Shown piece after piece: positions 15,634 to 24,852 of a DNA stretch of 64,000 bases. Made by a program: the position numbers and the translations under genes. Position 1 is the stretch's first letter; every line of letters begins with the position of its first letter. A model generated the notes under the pieces. It had not been told where the DNA came from, ran no database searches, and saw only the letters and a list, made by a program, of their open reading frames with translations. This stretch comes from Candidatus Aminicenantes bacterium. GTDB taxonomy: Bacteria; Acidobacteriota; Aminicenantia; Aminicenantales; Aminicenantaceae. Location of the stretch: positions 36,530-100,529 of the forward strand of contig JAWODN010000055.1 of assembly GCA_046483285.1 (NCBI GenBank), read 5' to 3'.

Positions 15634-16548
15634 ATGAAAAACACCGGGAATAAAAAAATTTACCAAGAGATTGAAAGTTTAAAGAAAGAGCATGACGCGG
15701 TTGTCATTGCGCATAATTACCAGATCGGTGAAGTGCAGGAAGCTTCGGATTTTGTGGGTGATTCACTGGGTTTGAGTATCGAAGCTTCCCGGCGTGAGGA
15801 GCAGGTCATTGTTTTTTGCGGGGTCCATTTCATGGCGGAAACGGCCGCGATTCTGGCCCCGGAAAAGACCGTGATCATTCCGGAGCCGAAAGCCGGCTGC
15901 CCCATGGCGGATATGATCACCGCGGATCAGATGAGGCGGTGGAAGGCCGAGCATCCTGGAGCCGTGGCGGTCTGTTATGTCAACAGCACGGCGGACGTCA
16001 AAGCGGAATGCGACATATGCTGCACTTCTTCCAATGCTGTTGCCGTGGTGGAGGCGGTGGAAGGGGAAACCATCTTATTTGCACCGGATAAAAATTTAGC
16101 CTCCTGGGTAAGCCGTCATACCTTCAAAAAAATTATTCCCTGGGAAGGGTGCTGCTATGTTCATGACCAAATTCATCTGCAGGATGTTTTGAAAAAAAAA
16201 CAGGAGCATCCGGATGCGGAAGTATGGGTTCATCCTGAGTGTCCGCCCGCGGTGATTGACACCGCCGATAAGGTTTTATCCACCGGGGGCATGGTGAGAG
16301 AAGCCGGCAGAACCGCTTCGCCCGCTGTCATTATCGGCACTGAATCCGGAATGATATATCGTTTGGAAAAAGAAAATTCCGCCGTTAAATTTTTTCCTGC
16401 CAGGGACCAGGCGATATGTGTCAACATGAAAAAGAATAATCTGACAAAACTTCACCGGGCCCTCAAAAATTCAGGCCCGGTGGTCAAGGTTCCCGGCGAT
16501 ATCGCAGCCCGTGCCCGCCAGGCCATCCAAAAAATGATCGCCGTATGA
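15634..16548 (+). CDS. nadA: Quinolinate synthase A
   Basis: AHNYQ, FCGVHFMAET and three conserved Cys regions. Length 304 aa. Confidence 0.85.
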   Translation: MKNTGNKKIYQEIESLKKEHDAVVIAHNYQIGEVQEASDFVGDSLGLSIEASRREEQVIVFCGVHFMAETAAILAPEKTVIIPEPKAGCPMADMITADQMRRWKAEHPGAVAVCYVNSTADVKAECDICCTSSNAVAVVEAVEGETILFAPDKNLASWVSRHTFKKIIPWEGCCYVHDQIHLQDVLKKKQEHPDAEVWVHPECPPAVIDTADKVLSTGGMVREAGRTASPAVIIGTESGMIYRLEKENSAVKFFPARDQAICVNMKKNNLTKLHRALKNSGPVVKVPGDIAARARQAIQKMIAV

Positions 16549-16715
16549 ATTCATTATGTATAACCTGACCTATTCATAAAAAAATTGCGATGTTTTTGTA
16601 ATCTCTTTCTTATCCGCGATAAGCATGGTTTTTAGTGATGCGCCTCGCATGTGCGGCAATCCCGGCCCGTGAATAATTCAGGTATAATACACCGTGAACC
16701 AGGAATTCTAATCTG
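16546..16715. repeat. Mosaic repeat (ATGAATTCAT box overlapping the nadA stop, module A inverted, B-start inverted, F-like GGTATAATACACCGTGAACC)
   Basis: ATGAATTCAT at 16545-16554. CCTGACCTATTCAT-A7-TTGCGATGTTTTTGTAATC at 16564-16600. GCGGCAATCCCGGCCCGTGAATAATTCAGGTATAATACACCGTGAACC at 16651-16700. Confidence 0.8.
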
Positions 16716-16805
16716 TGCCATGAGCGAATCCAGGCTGTCTCAGGTGCAAGCTGCGGGGCTTGAAGCCGTGGTGCTTTATGAACAAGGATAAAAACGGGGG
16801 CGGCT

Positions 16806-17489
16806 TTGACTGATCCATCCGGGGATGCCGTGGAAAAGGCCGTGCCGTCAAAAGAAGAGAGAATTAAAGAAACCATAGATATATTACAAACAAAATATCC
16901 ACGCAGCCGGACGGCCCTGAATTATGAAAATCCATTGCAGATATTAGTGGCGACGATCTTATCAGCCCAGTCAACGGATAAAAAAGTCAATGAAATAACA
17001 CCTGTTCTGTTTAAAAAATATCCAACGGCCGAACGGCTGGCGGAAGCATCCCCCGAAGAGGTGGAGGACATTATCCGTCCCACAGGATTTTTCCGGAATA
17101 AAACCAAAAGTATTTTAGGATCCGCATGCAGAATAAGGGACCGGTATGAAGGCGAAGTCCCTTCAACCATGGAGGAGCTTTTGACCCTTCCCGGGGTGGC
17201 GCGGAAAACCGCTAATATCGTTCTCTCCAGTGCGTTTCACAAAGCCTCGGGAATAGCTGTGGACACTCATGTCATGCGGCTGTCCCGGAGGCTGGGGTTT
17301 ACCCGGGGAAAAAACCCGGATAAGATTGAGAAAGACCTGATGGTTCTTGTCCCGCGGAAAAATTGGCTTCATTTCAATTTCATGCTGGTGAATTTCGGAC
17401 GGGATATCTGCCAGGCCCGCCGTCCCCGCTGCGGAGCCTGTCCGCTGAGTCATCTCTGTCCTTCAAGATTACCGGATGAGCACAAATAG
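16806..17489 (+). CDS. nth: Endonuclease III (DNA glycosylase/AP lyase), [4Fe-4S]
   Basis: HhH-GPD motif LPGVARKTANIVL, catalytic Lys/Asp and C-x6-C-x2-C-x5-C at the C-terminus. The track shows a TTG start. Confidence 0.85.
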   Translation: MTDPSGDAVEKAVPSKEERIKETIDILQTKYPRSRTALNYENPLQILVATILSAQSTDKKVNEITPVLFKKYPTAERLAEASPEEVEDIIRPTGFFRNKTKSILGSACRIRDRYEGEVPSTMEELLTLPGVARKTANIVLSSAFHKASGIAVDTHVMRLSRRLGFTRGKNPDKIEKDLMVLVPRKNWLHFNFMLVNFGRDICQARRPRCGACPLSHLCPSRLPDEHK

Positions 17490-17528
17490 AATTCAAGGTT
17501 TCCGGATTTAATTTGAATTACACCATGT

Positions 17529-17548
17529 TATGAATTATTCTATTCATA
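17529..17548. promoter_or_regulatory. Palindromic operator-like site TATGAATtattcTATTCATA upstream of the radical-SAM/archease/rtcB operon
   Basis: Inverted ATGAAT/ATTCAT half-sites 14-33 nt upstream of the TTG start at 17562. The same half-site forms the ATGAATTCAT boxes of the mosaic repeats. Confidence 0.3.
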
Positions 17549-17561
17549 GAGGGAATTTCAT

Positions 17562-18596
17562 TTGGAATCCAAAATAAAGAACACTCTTAAAGAGGCCTTC
17601 CTTTACCGGAGAAAAGAGGACCATATAGTTGACTGTCATCTTTGCCACCACCGGTGCCGGATTCAGCCTTCCGAATTTGGTTTTTGCGGGGTCCGGGAAA
17701 ACCGGTCCGGAAAGCTGGTGACCCATGTTTACGGCAATCCCATCGCTCTTCATGTGGACCCCATTGAGAAAAAACCTTTGTATCATTTCCTGCCGGGATC
17801 CCGCTCTTATTCCATCGCCACCATCGGGTGCAATTTTCATTGTGCTTTCTGTCAGAATTGGCAGATATCCCAGGCGAATAAAAAAGACGGCCCGTTTTTT
17901 TCAGAGAAAATGCTAATGCCGCAAGACATTGTCAGAGAAGCGAAAAAAAGCGGATGCCGGAGTATAAGTTACACCTACACGGAACCGACGGTTTTTTTTG
18001 AATATGCTTATGATACAGCCGTTCTGGCCAAAAAAGAAAACATGGCCAATGTTTTTGTCACCAATGGCTATATGACCCCGGAGGCCCTGGAAAAAATCAA
18101 GCCTCATTTGGACGCTTGCAATGTGGATTTGAAATCTTTCCGGGATGAATTCTACCGGACTGTCTGCAAGGCCCGCCTGAAACCCGTTCTGGACTCCATC
18201 CGGTTGATGAAGGAAATGGAAATTTGGGTTGAGGCGACCACTCTGGTGGTTCCGGGACAAAATGATTCGGTGGAAGAGCTGGAGCGGATCGCGCGTTTCC
18301 TTGTGGAGGTGGATCCGGATATTCCCTGGCATCTCAGCCGGTTTCATCCGGATTATGAATGTCAAGACGCCGCTCCGACTCCGGTTGAGGTTTTGCGGAA
18401 AGCGGCCCGGATCGGCCGCGAGGCCGGCCTGAAATTTATATATATAGGAAATGTTCTTGGGGAATCCATGGACACGGCCTGTCCCAACTGCGGAAAAACA
18501 GTGTTGAGCCGCGCGGGATTTTCTCTGCAGGAAAACCGCATCCACGGCGGGCAATGCGGTTATTGCGCACATCCTGTGGCCGGTGTGTTTGAATGA
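17562..18596 (+). CDS. Radical SAM enzyme, AmmeMemoRadiSam-system type (PFL-activase-like) with extra Cys clusters
   Basis: CxxxCxxC motif GCNFHCAFCQN. N-terminal CHLCHHRC...FGFCGV cluster. C-terminal CPNCG...GGQCGYC cluster. RBS AGAGGG before the TTG start. Confidence 0.55.
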   Translation: MESKIKNTLKEAFLYRRKEDHIVDCHLCHHRCRIQPSEFGFCGVRENRSGKLVTHVYGNPIALHVDPIEKKPLYHFLPGSRSYSIATIGCNFHCAFCQNWQISQANKKDGPFFSEKMLMPQDIVREAKKSGCRSISYTYTEPTVFFEYAYDTAVLAKKENMANVFVTNGYMTPEALEKIKPHLDACNVDLKSFRDEFYRTVCKARLKPVLDSIRLMKEMEIWVEATTLVVPGQNDSVEELERIARFLVEVDPDIPWHLSRFHPDYECQDAAPTPVEVLRKAARIGREAGLKFIYIGNVLGESMDTACPNCGKTVLSRAGFSLQENRIHGGQCGYCAHPVAGVFE

Positions 18597-19029
18597 GAGG
18601 GGCCGGGCCGTGAGATACAAATTTCTCAGCCATACCGGAGACGCCGAGTTTCAGGCTTACGGAGAAACTCTGGAAGAAGCTTTCCAAAACGCCGCGGCGG
18701 CTCTGGCCTCTTTGATGTGGGAACCGGACCTGATTGAGAATAAAGACGAAAAAACCGTGAAAATTTCCGGCAGAGACCGGGAACAGCTCTTGGTGGCTTT
18801 TCTGGAAGAAGTCATTTTTTTATGGGAAAGCCAACAGTTCATGCTGAGCGGATGCCGACGGCTTTCCATAAAAAAAAGTGCCGGCGGATATCGATTGAAG
18901 GCGGTATTGTCAGGAGACACCCGGCCTGAACGTTATGAGGTCAGCGGGGATGTCAAAGCGGTGACCTATCATGATATGGAGATCAAACAAAACAATCGCT
19001 GGACTGTGCAGGTGGTGGTGGATGTCTGA
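18583..19029 (+). CDS. Archease (RtcB ligase cofactor)
   Basis: YKFLSHTGDAEFQAYGETLEEAFQNAAAALASLM matches the archease N-terminal signature (F-x-HTAD-x-F-AYG-x-LEEAF). Overlaps the upstream gene by 14 nt. Confidence 0.7.
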   Translation: MCLNERGRAVRYKFLSHTGDAEFQAYGETLEEAFQNAAAALASLMWEPDLIENKDEKTVKISGRDREQLLVAFLEEVIFLWESQQFMLSGCRRLSIKKSAGGYRLKAVLSGDTRPERYEVSGDVKAVTYHDMEIKQNNRWTVQVVVDV

Positions 19030-19054
19030 AACCTGATCTTCCAAGGAGGAGGAA

Positions 19055-20482
19055 ATGGAAATCAAATTGAACCGGAAAGAAAAATATATATGGGAAATTC
19101 CGCAGGAGGGAGACATGCGGGTGCCCGCCGTTATATATGCTTCGGATGAATTGATGCAGGCCGCTGAAAAAGATTTAACTTTAAAGCAGATTCGAAACGT
19201 CGCCTGTCTTCCCGGGATCCAAACCGCGGCTTATGCCATGCCTGATGCCCATCAAGGATATGGGTTTCCCATAGGCGGGGTTGCGGCTTTCGACTTGGAA
19301 GACGGAATCATTTCTCCGGGCGGTGTGGGTTATGATATCAACTGCGGGGTGAGACTGCTTCGCACCGGTTTTTCCTCCCAAGACATAAAATCCAAGAAAC
19401 GGGAATTGATTGATGCCGTCTATGAGGAAGTGCCGGCTGGACTGGGGAAAGGCGGAGTCACCCGGTTGAAGCCCCATCAGCTCAAGGATGTTTGCCGCTG
19501 CGGGGCGGAATGGGCGGTCCGGAACGGGTATGGAACCGAGGACGATTTAGACCGCACCGAGGAAAACGGCCGCTTGAGTCAAGCCGATCCGGAGGAGGTT
19601 TCTTCCCGTGCTGTGGAAAGGGGGATCCCCCAGCTGGGAACCTTGGGGTCCGGAAATCATTTTATCGAGATTCAGCGGGTGGGAAAAATTTACGACCAAA
19701 AAACCGCCCGGGCTTTTGGAATTGAATCCGAAGACCAGGCCATGGTTATGATCCACTGCGGGAGCCGGGGGCTGGGCCACCAGATTGCTTCGGATTATAT
19801 CCGTGCCATGGAGAACACATTCGGGACCAAGGGCCTTCCGGACCGGCAGCTGGTGAATGCCCCCCTCCGTTCGGAGTTGGGCCAAAAGTACTATAAAGCC
19901 ATGAGCGCGGCGGTTAATTTCGCGTTTGCCAACCGTCAGATGATCGCCCACTGGATCCGGGAGGTTTTCCGGAAAGTTCTGGGGGACTCCAAAGGCATGG
20001 ATCAAGTTTACGACGTTTGTCACAATGTCGCCAAGTATGAAACTCATAAGATCGAAGGGAAAACAAGAAAAGTCTGTGTTCACCGTAAAGGAGCCACCCG
20101 CAGCTTCGGGCCCGGCCGGAGAGAAATCCCAAGTGCCTACCGGGATGTGGGCCAGCCGGTATTCATTCCCGGCAGTATGGGGACTTCGTCTTACGTGCTG
20201 GCCGGAACGCCGCAGGCCGAAAAAATCAGTTTCGGTTCCACCGCTCATGGATCCGGGCGGGTGATGTCACGGAGTCACGCCCGCAAAAAATTCCGCGGGG
20301 AAAAAATAAAAAAAGAATTGGAAGATAAAGGAATAGAATTGAAATCCAGCGGTATGAAAGGGGTGGCGGAAGAGGCTTCCGGAGTTTATAAGGACGTCAA
20401 AGAAGTGGTTAAAGTTTCCCACGAACTGGGAATCGGCCGGATCGTCGCCGAGCTGGAGCCGTTGAGCGTAATGAAAGGCTGA
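19055..20482 (+). CDS. rtcB: RNA-splicing ligase RtcB (3'-phosphate/5'-OH RNA ligase)
   Basis: PDAHQGYGFPIGG, GYDINCG, LGSGNHFIEIQ, HCGSRGLGHQ and HGSGR metal-binding and GMP-histidine motifs. Length 475 aa. Confidence 0.9.
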   Translation: MEIKLNRKEKYIWEIPQEGDMRVPAVIYASDELMQAAEKDLTLKQIRNVACLPGIQTAAYAMPDAHQGYGFPIGGVAAFDLEDGIISPGGVGYDINCGVRLLRTGFSSQDIKSKKRELIDAVYEEVPAGLGKGGVTRLKPHQLKDVCRCGAEWAVRNGYGTEDDLDRTEENGRLSQADPEEVSSRAVERGIPQLGTLGSGNHFIEIQRVGKIYDQKTARAFGIESEDQAMVMIHCGSRGLGHQIASDYIRAMENTFGTKGLPDRQLVNAPLRSELGQKYYKAMSAAVNFAFANRQMIAHWIREVFRKVLGDSKGMDQVYDVCHNVAKYETHKIEGKTRKVCVHRKGATRSFGPGRREIPSAYRDVGQPVFIPGSMGTSSYVLAGTPQAEKISFGSTAHGSGRVMSRSHARKKFRGEKIKKELEDKGIELKSSGMKGVAEEASGVYKDVKEVVKVSHELGIGRIVAELEPLSVMKG

Positions 20483-20505
20483 ATTGTTTTTTCCGCGGTG
20501 AGCTT

Positions 20506-21894
20506 ATGACCCAGTCAGCCCTGAAAAAGATTCTTTTGTGGACAGGCCTGTCGGCCGGGGTTTTTCTGCTGGTTGTTCCTCCTCCCGAAGGCTTGACCGC
20601 CGCCGGCACCCGGTGTCTGGGTGTGGCGGTGATATGTTTCAGCCTGTGGGTGCTGCAGACCATTCCCCTGGCGGCCACCAGTTTGCTGGCCATCATTCTG
20701 CTTCCGGTTTTTAACATTCTGGGCCGGGCTGAGGTTTTTTCTTATTTCGGCAACAGCGCGGTTTTCTTTTTGCTGGGGGTTTTCATTCTTTCCGGGGCGA
20801 TCATCCACACCGGTTTGTCCAAGCGGCTGGCGTTTTGGTTCATAAACCGGTTCGGACGCAGCCCCCTGGGTCTTTTATTCGGTGTGACCGCCACATCTTC
20901 TCTGTTTGCGCTTTTTATGCCCGAGCATGCCGTGGCGGCCATGATGTTTCCGGTGGTGCTGGAGCTGGCCGCCGTTCTCCGCCTGGAAAAGGGACGGAGC
21001 CCTTTGGGAAAATCCTTGTTTTTGGCTTTGGCTTGGGGGGCGGTGGTGGGAGGAATCGGGACTTATTTGGGGGGGGCGCGGGTGCCTCTGGCGGTGGAAT
21101 TTTTGAGGGAGACCTATTCTCGGAGAATAGATTTTCTCGCCTGGGCCGCCGCCGCCACACCTATAGCTCTGGTTTTGACCGGAGTGGTTTTTCTGGCTCT
21201 GGCAAAACGTTTCCCTTCTGAAATCAGGGATGTCTCCGGAGCCAAAATCTTCCTGACCAGCGAGTTGAAACGGATGGGGCGGATTTCCGGGAATGAATTG
21301 AAGACCGCGTGTCTGGTGGGACTGGCTGTGCTGGGATGGATTGCGGGAGGGCATCAGATAGGCTTGGCTGTTATTTCGATTGCCGCAGCGGTATCAGTTT
21401 TTATATTGAGGATAGCCAATTGGCATGATGTCTCGGATTACATCAATTGGGGGGTCATCGTCATGTACGGCGGGGCCATAGCTTTGGGTAAAGCTCTTCA
21501 TGAGACTCAGGCCGTGGAATGGGTGGTTCTCCGGGTGATTGGAGGGGCGGAGGTGTCTCCTTGGGTTTTACTGGTGACTTTGGCCATTCTGGCCACCCTG
21601 ACCACGGAAGCCATATCCAATGCCGCGGCGGTGGTGATTCTGGTTCCCATATCCTTTGGATTTGCGGCACAAACCGGAATTCCGCCGGAAATTTTCGTCC
21701 TGGTGGTGACGGTTCCGGCCGGACTGGCCTTCTGCCTGCCGGTGGGAACTCCGCCCAATGCCATAGCCTTATCTTCCGGTTACTACAGTTTAAGGGATTC
21801 TTTAGGTTTGGGAATAGTGGTGAAATCCATTGCCATGGTTGTTTTTTTCATCATGGCCAGATTGATTTGGCCGCTGTTAAACTTCAGTGTGTAG
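20506..21894 (+). CDS. DASS/SLC13-family anion transporter (likely Na+:sulfate or dicarboxylate symporter)
   Basis: 462 aa with about 12 TM segments and an internal duplicated hairpin pattern. Sits immediately upstream of an APS-kinase-like gene. Confidence 0.55.
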   Translation: MTQSALKKILLWTGLSAGVFLLVVPPPEGLTAAGTRCLGVAVICFSLWVLQTIPLAATSLLAIILLPVFNILGRAEVFSYFGNSAVFFLLGVFILSGAIIHTGLSKRLAFWFINRFGRSPLGLLFGVTATSSLFALFMPEHAVAAMMFPVVLELAAVLRLEKGRSPLGKSLFLALAWGAVVGGIGTYLGGARVPLAVEFLRETYSRRIDFLAWAAAATPIALVLTGVVFLALAKRFPSEIRDVSGAKIFLTSELKRMGRISGNELKTACLVGLAVLGWIAGGHQIGLAVISIAAAVSVFILRIANWHDVSDYINWGVIVMYGGAIALGKALHETQAVEWVVLRVIGGAEVSPWVLLVTLAILATLTTEAISNAAAVVILVPISFGFAAQTGIPPEIFVLVVTVPAGLAFCLPVGTPPNAIALSSGYYSLRDSLGLGIVVKSIAMVVFFIMARLIWPLLNFSV

Positions 21895-21906
21895 GGAGAA
21901 GAAAAA

Positions 21907-22512
21907 GTGGAAAAAAAAGGCTTCACGGTCTGGTTCACGGGGCTGCCTTTTTCAGGAAAAAAGCAGCTGGCCGGGATGCTTTCTGCAAAGCTGGAAAGCC
22001 TCGGGTTTAAAACCGAGGTCTTGGACAGCGGCAAGATAAGACGGGAATACAGCCGGGAGCTGGGATATTCCAAGGAGGAGGTTTACCGGAATATCAAACG
22101 GCTGTGTTTCGAATGCCGGATGCTGACTGAAAATAACGTGGTCGCCATCGCCGTCACCGTTTCTCCTTATAAAGAACTGCGGGATGAATGCCGCAGGAAA
22201 ATCCAGCGGTATATAGAGGTTTTTTGTGATGCCCCGATTTCGTTTTTGAAAAGCCGGGACACCGCAGGTCTTTTCGAGAAAGCGGAAAAGGGCCTGATTC
22301 GGGATGTCGCCGGAATTTCCGCCCCTTTTGAGCCCCCTGATAAACCCGAGACCCTTTATCAACCGGATCGCGAGTCGCCGGAACAGGGGCTGAACAAGAT
22401 CATCGCCACCCTGGAGGTGCTGGGGTATATTGCAAAACAGAAGCGGCGTGTTTTGACCGAGGAAGAAGAGAAGATGATCCGGCAAAGGCTTAAAGATCTG
22501 GGTTATATATAG
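21907..22512 (+). CDS. Adenylylsulfate (APS) kinase-like protein with degenerate P-loop and DGDN motifs
   Basis: The fold aligns with CysC over its whole length (ENIKR, TVSP, IEVFCDAPISFLKSRD, ISAPFEPPDKPE). Walker A reads GLPFSGKKQ, where Lys replaces the Ser/Thr. The DGDN motif reads DSGK. Confidence 0.55.
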   Translation: MEKKGFTVWFTGLPFSGKKQLAGMLSAKLESLGFKTEVLDSGKIRREYSRELGYSKEEVYRNIKRLCFECRMLTENNVVAIAVTVSPYKELRDECRRKIQRYIEVFCDAPISFLKSRDTAGLFEKAEKGLIRDVAGISAPFEPPDKPETLYQPDRESPEQGLNKIIATLEVLGYIAKQKRRVLTEEEEKMIRQRLKDLGYI

Positions 22513-22534
22513 CCCGAACGGACCGTCTTTTTCA

Positions 22535-24055
22535 TTGACAAATCCAATCCGGGTTTATATTGTTGATGTCATCATGAAAGTCATATTGGCCGGTTATAAT
22601 ATTGACAGTGATGTGATCCGTTCCCTCAAGGAGACATGCCCTGAACGGAATGATGTCACTCCGGAAACGTTATCTGCTTCTTATGCCCGAATTTCCCGGG
22701 ATCCCCGTTCCGTGGAAAAGCTCCGGGCGGATGCCCGGCGGCAAGTCGACCGGGCCAGGAAATCCAACCGCACCATCATTTTTGAAATGGGTCATCATTC
22801 GGTCGCGGAGCATGCGGTTTTTAATTTTGATATTATCGGGGTCAGCCGCATGGCGATTGAGGATATCGAGCATTTCAGGCTGTGTTCTTTTACGGAAAAA
22901 TCACAACGCTATATTAAATTAGGGGATGACTATGTGATTCCCGGGGAAATCAAGAAAGCGGGATTGACGGATTTATTTCAGGTAATCATAAAGGACCAAT
23001 TCAGGGTCTATAAGCATTTATTCCGGAAGCTTCGGCCCTATTTTTTTGAAAAGTATCCCCGGATGGCTGAAAACCAAAAAAAACGCACCGTTCTGGAAGG
23101 CTGGGCAAAAGAAGACGCTCGTTATGTGGTCAGTCTGGCCACCCAAGGGCAATTGGGAATGACCTTGAATGCCCGGAATTTAGAATTAATGATCCGCAGA
23201 TTCGCTTCCGCAAAAAAAGATGAAATCAGGGAATTGAACCGGCGGATTTACTCCGCGGTGGAAAAAATCGCTCCGTCCATCATCCTGTTCACGGAAGCCA
23301 ATGATTTTGATTCCCTGACCTGCCCGGAATTGGAATCGCTTACTGAACGCGTTCCTGCTTCTATCAGCGGCGATTCATCCGGACCGGTCAAATTGGTGGA
23401 ATTCACTTCCGGAGGTGATACCTGTCTCGCGGCCGCTTTGCTTCACTCCGTTTCCGCTGTTTCTTATGAAGATTGCAAAACGTATGCCCGGAAAATGAAT
23501 TCCGCGCAGCTGGAGAGTCTGATTAAGACCGCGGTGCGTCATATGCAGTTTTTTGATTCCCCCATGCGTGAATTTGAATATCCGGACTTGACTTTTGAAT
23601 TGCTTGTCTCAGCTTCCTGCTTCGCCCAATTGAAGCGTCACCGGATGGCCACTCTGACGGTTCAGGATTACCAACCTGAACTGGGGGTGACCGTTCCGCC
23701 TTCCATTGAGGCGTCGGCGGAAAGGGATTCTTTTTACGGATTGATGGAAAGAACGAACAGGGCTTATAAAAAAATCAAGGAAAAGACGGCAGTGGGAGCT
23801 GATTATATTTTGACCAATGCGCATAGGCGAAGGGTTCTCATGAAAATCAATGCCCGTGAGCTTTATCACATTTCCCGGCTGCGTGAAGATGGAACCGCTC
23901 AGTGGGAGATAAGAAGGATTGCCGCTGAAATGAGCCGGCAGGCCCGGGAAAGAATGCCTTTAACCTTTCTGCTTCTCGGAGGCAAAGACGATTATGCCGG
24001 AATCTATCAAAAAGTTTTTGGTCATCCCCCGGACATTTTGCCGCCGGATTTATAA
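22535..24055 (+). CDS. thyX: FAD-dependent thymidylate synthase ThyX, tandem-duplicated (two Thy1 domains in one 506-aa chain)
   Basis: Domain 1: GHHSVAEHAVFNF...IEHFRLCSFTEKSQRYIKL...ARYVVSLATQGQLGMTLNARNL. Domain 2: FEYPDLTFELLVSASCFAQLKRHRMATLTVQDYQP...NARELYHISRLREDGTAQWEIRRIA. Both align with single-domain ThyX (FEHIVFTF...RHRIASYNELSGRY...NARSL...AQWEI). Confidence 0.65.
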   Translation: MTNPIRVYIVDVIMKVILAGYNIDSDVIRSLKETCPERNDVTPETLSASYARISRDPRSVEKLRADARRQVDRARKSNRTIIFEMGHHSVAEHAVFNFDIIGVSRMAIEDIEHFRLCSFTEKSQRYIKLGDDYVIPGEIKKAGLTDLFQVIIKDQFRVYKHLFRKLRPYFFEKYPRMAENQKKRTVLEGWAKEDARYVVSLATQGQLGMTLNARNLELMIRRFASAKKDEIRELNRRIYSAVEKIAPSIILFTEANDFDSLTCPELESLTERVPASISGDSSGPVKLVEFTSGGDTCLAAALLHSVSAVSYEDCKTYARKMNSAQLESLIKTAVRHMQFFDSPMREFEYPDLTFELLVSASCFAQLKRHRMATLTVQDYQPELGVTVPPSIEASAERDSFYGLMERTNRAYKKIKEKTAVGADYILTNAHRRRVLMKINARELYHISRLREDGTAQWEIRRIAAEMSRQARERMPLTFLLLGGKDDYAGIYQKVFGHPPDILPPDL

Positions 24056-24100
24056 TCATCCATACCCGCACAACGCTGAAACCAGGGAATAAGGAGGGGA

Positions 24101-24721
24101 TTATCTCTTTTCGCTTTTCATCCAGTTTTCCGGATGGATGATCACCTGCAGCATGGGACGGCTTTCCGAAGGCCGGGGGTTGAGCCCGGTCAAACTGGAC
24201 GTTTTGTCGGAAACGTGCCATCCCATCATGATGCGGGAAGAGGCGCTGATTTTCCCGCGGATAAAAAACGAACCCGGAGGAAGTTCCCGGTGTGTTTCGG
24301 CAAATGACACCGATAGAATGGGAATGGATAGGTATTTTTCCAGCTTGCGGCTTAAGAGGACCACGTCTTTAAGCGCCTGGGGGTTTTTCCCGGGAAGATG
24401 CAGTCCCACCTCATGCTTGAAATTCCGGATGGCTTGAATTGAATTTCTGACTTGCTGCCTTTCAGGATGAATTTCAGGAGAAACGGGATTGAAATGGTAG
24501 GTGGCGCGGATATCCAAAGAATGTTCAAGTTCCGCCATTCGCACAGCCGTGTCGAGACACCTGCTGACATCATGCCGGATGATAAACTTGGATCGGTGTA
24601 TTTGACTGAGGATTTGAGGAATCTCTGAGACCAGATAATGAGAATCAAAATATCTTTTCAGTTTTAGCAGCAAATCCCCAAATTCTTTTTCCTGGAAACA
24701 TCCGCCGGTCTCCGATATCAT
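24101..24721 (-). CDS. Hypothetical protein, possibly a polysaccharide-deacetylase-fold hydrolase
   Basis: 206 aa. IRHDVS, GLHLPG and IIHPENW segments weakly resemble NodB-type motifs. Low confidence. Confidence 0.35.
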   Translation of the reverse strand: MISETGGCFQEKEFGDLLLKLKRYFDSHYLVSEIPQILSQIHRSKFIIRHDVSRCLDTAVRMAELEHSLDIRATYHFNPVSPEIHPERQQVRNSIQAIRNFKHEVGLHLPGKNPQALKDVVLLSRKLEKYLSIPILSVSFAETHRELPPGSFFIRGKISASSRIMMGWHVSDKTSSLTGLNPRPSESRPMLQVIIHPENWMKSEKR

Positions 24722-24852
24722 ATCCGCCTTCCTTTGCCCGGATTACGAGTATGAAGCTTTCATGAAAAATGACCACAAAAGAGGCTTCGCATCCGGGGAA
24801 ACCTCGGTCCGCTCATCATCCAGACTGGATATTTGTCGCCGGCCTCCGGGCT

